Shown here piece after piece: positions 47,333 to 64,000 of a stretch of 64,000 bases of DNA (positions within the stretch are counted from its first letter, which is position 1; every line of letters starts with the position of its first letter). Below the pieces are notes generated by a model. It made no database searches, was not told the DNA's origin, and was given only the letters and a program-made list of their open reading frames with translations. Position numbers and translations under genes: made by a program. Location: positions 15,190,001-15,254,000 of the forward strand of contig OZ024746.1 in NCBI GenBank assembly GCA_964016885.1, given 5' to 3'. This DNA comes from Eledone cirrhosa (lineage: Eukaryota).

Positions 47333-50100
47333 GTGTATATATATATGTATATATATATATACACACATACACACACATATATAAAATATACATACAAACC
47401 ATACATATATACATGCATTCACATACATACGTTATGTATGTGTATGTATGTATATATATGTGTATGTATGTATATATATGTGTATGTATGTATATATATA
47501 TATATATATATATGTGTGTATCACGTAATATAAATGACAATAAGAAGCGTGTGGGTGAGGGAAGGGGTATGCTGGTAAATATCTGAAACCACCCCATGTC
47601 AGGGAATTATAGTCATATGTCGAAATCCAAGAATTCATGTTGTTTTCTTTGTATTTTATCGAAGTTTTATACAAAAACGAAATAAACTATTGCTATAATA
47701 ATTTTAGTTTAAATAAGATTTATCCTAGATTAATTTATATAGATAGTAATCGATATATGATATAAGAATTACATGGATACAACTGAAAAAACTATAACAT
47801 CTGCTATTGTTTGTATTATGGCGAGGTTTAAAGGATTCAGGTTTTAAAAAAAAAAGTTAAACAGTATCGATCTCGTTATTGTGGCGAGCGATGTAGGGCG
47901 TAATGCGAGTTGCAGCCCAGCTGAGATGATGGTACGGTTTCAATACCTAGTGAAACCTAATCACAACATTTACATCACTTATCGACTTAGTGAACATAAA
48001 AAACAAAAAAATGACTGTAAATGACGTTTATTCATATAAACTGCAATAGCAGACTGTCAACTCGACCGGGGGATCTCCCAACCACTTCGGGGTGGGTGAG
48101 AGATGTCTCCTCTTGTGAAAATGGGTATAGCTTTCATTATGTAAAATCTACCCATTTTGCTTCATTTCTCCCCGTTTTGGGCACCTTTTTTCATGGTACT
48201 CCCCGTTTGAGTTTTTAGAGCTTGGCAGGTCTGCAACAAATGGCAACAAGGAAACGAAAAAGATAGAGAAGAAAAAGGAAAAAAAGAAATTACGAACGAA
48301 AGAAAAAGACTGGTAGGAGGTGGGTGACACACTACATTACAGTTTGATTAGTATCTTTCAGCTACGTCCCGCGGACAAAATGGTGAAAACAGTGCCGTAG
48401 AGAATGGCCTGCGAGATTCACTGCAAAAGAAAAAGAGAGGAAGACAACCAAATACCGGCGTCTTGACCGTCCGTTTCCTTTTCCTGTCGGTCACCGTCGA
48501 GACCTCAGGTCCCTGAACTGTTGTTTTCCTCCGCAAAATCGGTTCAACCGACGGGCTTTTAAGCAATTTCTATCTAGCGATTTAGTGGAAGCAAATTTGC
48601 AGAGTGGTTAGAATGTCCGACATAATACTTTGTAGTATTCATTCCAGCTCTCTGCTCTCGCCGAGATCAAATCTGTTTGTTTATTTATTCAGGATGGAGT
48701 TGGTTCTTCTTCTATATCTCTCTTTCTCATTTCCTCTCTTTCACTTTCTATCCTTGTCTGGAAGAAATCTGCTGTGTTCAGACATGGAGAGTAGATGGCC
48801 TCCACCAGATTAAAAAATGCCCTAGAAACGCCATATGTAAATATGATGCCCTTACGACTCCCTCGAGACCTAATGATTATGAAAACTATCTCTTAAGCAT
48901 TCGACCATGCTAAATATTATATACAAACATATACACACACGCGCTCGAGTATGTATGGAATGTGTCGTATTTTAATATTGCAATACTTCTCTGTCCGAGT
49001 GTCCATTCAATTTAGTTCATAATATCCCTTTATATTTACGTTCTAACTTTGAATCCTTTTCATTTATATTTATCCTTCTGCTGATATGCTTTGTACGTAA
49101 ATAATATTTCCGGTATATTCATGATAATTTACTTTTTAATATTAATATTGATTTATTAGCAGAATCGATAGAGCCCCTTTACGATCTGAGTTCAAATCCT
49201 GCTGAGGTTAGATTTGCTTTTCATCCTTACGGGGTCGATAAAATAAAGTACCAGTAATGCACTGGGTCGATTTAATCGACTTTCCCCTTCCCTCAAATTG
49301 TTGGCCTTGTGCCTAAATCAGAAACTAATATTAATATCAATTTATTGGCAGAATGGCTAGAGCGTCCGACAACATGCTTTGTGGCATAAAGTTGCATCCC
49401 TTTACTTTCTGAGTTCAAATCCCACCGAGGTTAGCTTTGCTTTTTCATCCTTACGGAGTCGATAAAGTAAAGTACCAGTAACACACTGGGGTCGATTAAA
49501 TGGACTTTCTCTTCCCCTAAAGTTCCCCTCTTCGTAACCATATACCGCAAAGCATATTGTCCGACGCTCTACTGATTTACTGTGTGGAAATAATAATAAT
49601 ATTTTTGTGTTATATTAAATCTATATAACTCAACTGGGACATAAGACATAAAATAAGTTGTACTCGTTTTTTTTTTTGCTTGTTGCTTTTATAAATCCTT
49701 GATTAATATTTAAATTAATAAGGGAGAGGGATGAACTGCTCGGGGAGCACCCTACTCCAGAAACGACGAAAATAGCCTAATGCTTCAAATGGAGCAAAAA
49801 AGATTTTCTTTAATAGTGTTTTGTTTTTATTAGATACTGCAAAATTATTTTCATATAATGTCAAGGGCTTTTCATGACATTGAGAGATTGTGAATATTGA
49901 ATAAATATGTTTTGTTTAAAAAAAAAAAGATCAGTTATGATCGCCTTTTTTTTTTTTTACTGTTAATGATGGAAATCCCCCGGGGTTTAATTCAGTTCTG
50001 TTTGGAGAAAATATTTAATATATGTATTTATGTATTTCAATATATGTCTCGATGTATTTACATATCTTAATATATACAACAATGTCTCGAAGTATTTATA

Positions 50101-50622
50101 TCTATATATATAAAACTGAGGATGTCTGTCTGTGTGTGTCTGAGTTTGAATCCCTAAAACTAGAGAAGCACCCAATCGACTGTTTTCAAACTTTACACAT
50201 GTAATATTTATGTTTCAGGGAGTGTTCTGAGCAAAAAAAAAAAAAATTCAAATTTTCAATGCCCTAGGGATCGCATCAGGCGATTTAGCGATCTCTCTCT
50301 ATAATTCTTAGTCTTTCTCTCTTTAGATAGATACATACATATAACGTCGCGCCCTTATAATATCTGTCTGCTGCCCTTATAATGGCTGTCTGCTGCCTCC
50401 GGTTATTCTGCATCCCTTGCTCAAGACAAATCTCACATTCATTCCCCAAACAGTTGGGGAACACAACTTCTTCCTCACGTTTTAAGCCACAGTGTTGCTT
50501 ACTTACGTACCACCAGACCCTTACTTCTTTGCCAGCCATGGTTGTGGCAATGCTAAGCTTTGCTAAGGCGGTTATATATTTCACAATACCTTATCCCGTG
50601 CAACGCCAGGTACCACTGCTAG
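50101..50622 (+). mobile_element. Non-autonomous Helitron
   Basis: A|TCTATATATATAAAACTG..TGTCTGTCTG 5' end; 3' CCCGTGCAACGCCAGG hairpin then CTAG|T; no target duplication. Confidence 0.75.
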
Positions 50623-51524
50623 TATTTCAATATATATTGGGTGGTAACATAAATTCCCACCGTTTTTTTTATTAAGAAGGGAGCTGGGCTGGGTTGTGTG
50701 TTGAGTTCTCGAGAAAAACACTTCATTTCACGTTTCTCCAGTATACTCAGCTGAAAGTGAGTAATAGCAAGAGCTGGGAGTTTAACCCAGTGATAGACTG
50801 GCGTCCTGTCCAGGGAGGGGAATCTTGTATTCTCTGTCACTTCACGCCACGGAAACCAGGATAAGCCTCTGATGATCCTCTGGGCTCAAGGCAGACTTAA
50901 GACACATACGAAGGAGTTGAGATGCTACAAACCTATAGCCAATTAAAATATTATTATATTTTCTCTAAAATTTAACACGTGGCTTTATCTGACTGATATA
51001 TTTTATTTGTTGAACTTTTGGCAGATCGCTGTATGAATATCATATCATATCTTTTGAATACATTTAAGTTTCCATGGTGGCAAAATTGCTTTCAGAAATT
51101 ATTTTTAATGTTTATATAATGGTTTAAATTATTTTTAGTTAGCTTTTATATTTTTGCGATGTTTTAAATCTGTTTAAATATGTTTTTAAAAAGATTAAAC
51201 TGTCCGTCGATATATTGAATAGATTAAAATATAAAGAAATAATCTATCTGTTTTAATATAAGAAAATAAATAATATTTTTTAAAGATTTTGTCGACGATA
51301 ATATATTCATACCCACGTAATTTTGGCAGGAGACAACATCGACACCTGCTTCAACAGCTGGGGACAGAAGCATCTTACCTTAAACTTATATATCTCCTTA
51401 TATATCTGATTCAGATTTAACGTCAACGAAATGATTTACGAATAAATATTTACATTAAACATACGAAGAAATGATTTATTGAAATTCATCAACCAGCTGT
51501 ATTTTTCTTAAGCATAACTCAACT

Positions 51525-51567
51525 TATATATATAACTATTCCTTGTCTTTGTCCACCAACATCAGTA
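51525..51567 (+). promoter_or_regulatory. Putative TATA box + initiator for gene 2
   Basis: TATATAA at 51529-51535 and TCAGT at 51562-51566, about 30 nt apart and about 70 nt before the ATG. Confidence 0.55.
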
Positions 51568-51636
51568 ACTCATTATTTCGAGGAAGTAAGGACATCTTTT
51601 CTTCATTCGATCAACTGTTGTTTAAATCGTACGGTC

Positions 51637-61587
<9,951 letters not shown>

Positions 61588-61687
61588 AAATAGGACAGAG
61601 ATCTTCCAAGTGTTAAAAGACCAATAATTGAAGCTTGGAGCGAGAAAAAACGAAGAGTAAATAACAGAATCTCTTGTATTATTTGGA

Positions 61688-61703
61688 AATAAACGGAAAT
61701 AAA
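61688..61703 (+). terminator. Tandem AATAAA polyadenylation signals of gene 2
   Basis: AATAAA at 61688 and 61698 followed by a GT-rich tract (GTGTTTGTGGTGTT). Confidence 0.6.
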
Positions 61704-61765
61704 AAAGTGTTTGTGGTGTTATTAAATGATTAAGTAACTTCTAGGATGCAGCTGATGCATATATA

Positions 61766-62350
61766 TATTGTTATACTTGGGGAGGGTCATATTTGTGTAA
61801 TAATATTGCCAGAATTAATAACAGAACACACTCACTGTTTGGTTGGTTTTCGCTTCTGTGTCTTTTATATCGGTTAATTTAATTTATTCGGTCCTCAATG
61901 TTGCCATTGACTGACCAACGGTCAAAAATACAGATACAATATAGACACAAACACATATATATAGTCTATCAAAGTTCTTTCGTTGCACATCTGCAACATC
62001 GTCAGTGGTGCTACTATGTTTTCTCCCGTTGTATTGTATACTCAACAAGAGAAAACATAATAGCACCACTGACGATGTTGCAGATGTGCAACGAAAGAAC
62101 TTTGATAGACTATATATATGTGTTTGTGTCTATATTGTATCTGTATTTTTGACCGTTGGTCAGTCAATGGTAACATTGAGGACCGAATAAATTAAATTAA
62201 CCGATATAAAAGACACAGAAGCGAAAACCAACCAAACAGTGAGTGTGTTCTGTTATTAATTCTGGCAATATTATTACAACAATATGACCCTCCCCAAGTA
62301 TAACAATATTTGTTTCGACACACGATTTCATATCAAAACCTCGCAAAACT
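61766..62350. mobile_element. Palindromic family A' element with a hammerhead motif in each arm (61961-62014 minus; 62060-62113 plus)
   Basis: Arms about 61766-62027 and 62049-62309 are near-perfect reverse complements; same sequence as 19400-19675. Confidence 0.82.
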
Positions 62351-62391
62351 AATATATATATATATATAAAGACACACACACACACACACAC

Positions 62392-62432
<41 letters not shown>

Positions 62433-62445
62433 TGATTACAACTTG

Positions 62446-63045
62446 TCAGAAGACTGCCCTCCCTTCATTGAACATTGCACACAAGTCACTTTTCGGACGC
62501 ACTTTTGTTTTGTAGTTACGCTCACAGATATAACACTTGAACTGTGTGTTTCCTGGTAATACTTGCTGGGGTGTCTCTTCATACATTCTACTATGTCTGG
62601 TCAATCCACCAGCTGACTTGCAAATTAAGCCACACTCACTGCAAATGTACCGCGGGGTGTGTGATGGTAGAACCATCTCACAATGGCTCGATTTCTCCTT
62701 GGCTGTGTGATATTAGAGGTTTGACAAATCCAGCTTTTGATAGAAGAAATCAGCCACATACGTTACACCTCAATTCCTGCTGGATTTTTGCAAGCACTGC
62801 ACTTGGGTCCCGTTTACGAAGTGAATGCTTCAAAGCAGCACGCTCCACTCGTTTTTTCTCATCACTATCCATGATGTACGGCCTTCAGCCAATATTTTCC
62901 AGTTTCCCATATCAATCTTCAGGGCTAAAAGATTGTCTTTTATGGCATCCCTAAATCGCTTCTTTGGTATATTCTGTGGCCTTTTTCCTCTGGTCAGCTC
63001 TCCATAAAATAACTGTTTAGGCAGCCTTCCATCTGAGCTCATGGG
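62446..63045 (-). mobile_element. RTE (BovB-like) LINE 3' fragment with C2H2-like zinc fingers
   Basis: DGRLPKQLFYGEL..GKRP..PKKRFRD..W..LA..R..W and CSECGLICKSAGGLTRHSR. Confidence 0.75.
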
Positions 63046-64000
63046 TGTAATCCAATCATCTTGCTTGGAGTCTACCCCTTGGTCTCCTGCCGGTTGGTTT
63101 TGTCCATAGAATCTGTCCAGCGATTCTTTCCTGAGACATTCTAGCCACATGCCCATAGTATCGGAGCTGTGATCTCTCAATTCGGGGAAGCAGTGGCTCT
63201 ACCTGGAGTGACTCTCTGATCTCCGAGCTACATAATCTATCGAGTAACGTTGTTCCAAAGACCATTCAGAGGAACCCCATTTCGGCCGCTTGTTTTCGCA
63301 TTCTTTGTGTCACTACCAAAGATTCATGACCATTGGTAAGGGTTAGCACGGATACCGAATTGAAGATAGTGAGTTTGTCTTTTACACTTACCTCCCTTCT
63401 TCTCGTTAAGCCTCCCCGATAAAGTCTATGCTAAGTGTCAGGCAAAGACATGTTAGGGAGATTGTCGAGTTCAAGCTAGCTGATGAACAGTGTGGATTTC
63501 GTCCCGGACGCTGCAGAGCCGACTACATATTAAAGCAACATTTCCAATTAAAACAAAAAACAACTGAGTATTTGTTCAAAATAAAAAAAAAACTATTTTA
63601 TTAAACCAACCAAATTTAATTATATCTTCATAAAATCAATTCAATCACGTGGAAATTTTCATCTCATACATTAGCAGAAAGCTTCAGAATTATAAGCAAA
63701 AAATGCAATGGCATATGTTGTTTCTTCTTCCCCCAGGGGATCATAGAAGTGTATGATGGGAACAGAGATGAATGAAAAAGACGTGGGAGGCTCGGTTCTC
63801 TTGGTATTCACCTCTTTAAGGCGCTTGTCACATTATCTCTCAATACTTATTTTCTAACGACCGAGGAGTTTAAATCCTCACGTTTATAGTTTTCCAATAA
63901 CCATAGTACTAAGACTCGATACTAAAACACTAGCTATTTGGCGATTTAACCTAACGTGTTTATTATAATTGGTAAGCAAGAAAAATGTTTCGAATCAAGA

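Overview
AT-rich, repeat-dense animal genomic DNA. The SINE families and huge (TA)n/(CA)n tracts suggest an octopod cephalopod (inference). Two spliced genes were assembled by hand from GT-AG sites and intron phases. They lie head-to-head with start codons about 18.4 kb apart. Gene 1 (minus, 17 coding exons, 33258 to 14602, about 685 aa) encodes signal peptide + 2 PAN/Apple + Pro/Thr mucin stalk + 4 WSC domains. Gene 2 (plus, 8 coding exons, 51637 to 61587, about 375 aa) encodes signal peptide + 4 PAN/Apple domains. Mobile DNA includes a decayed Ty3/Gypsy pol with its 3' LTR, an internally deleted mariner with long TIRs, CR1-like, RTE and CRE-like LINE pieces, Helitron pieces, many tRNA-derived SINEs and several tandem arrays. 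The most unusual signal is a set of short elements sitting inside (TA)n microsatellites. Several carry type I hammerhead ribozyme cores, many form fold-back palindromes that break at or just before the ribozyme GAAA, and one is physically linked to a Penelope-like GIY-YIG endonuclease remnant. No searches or folding programs were run, so all family names come from motif recognition.
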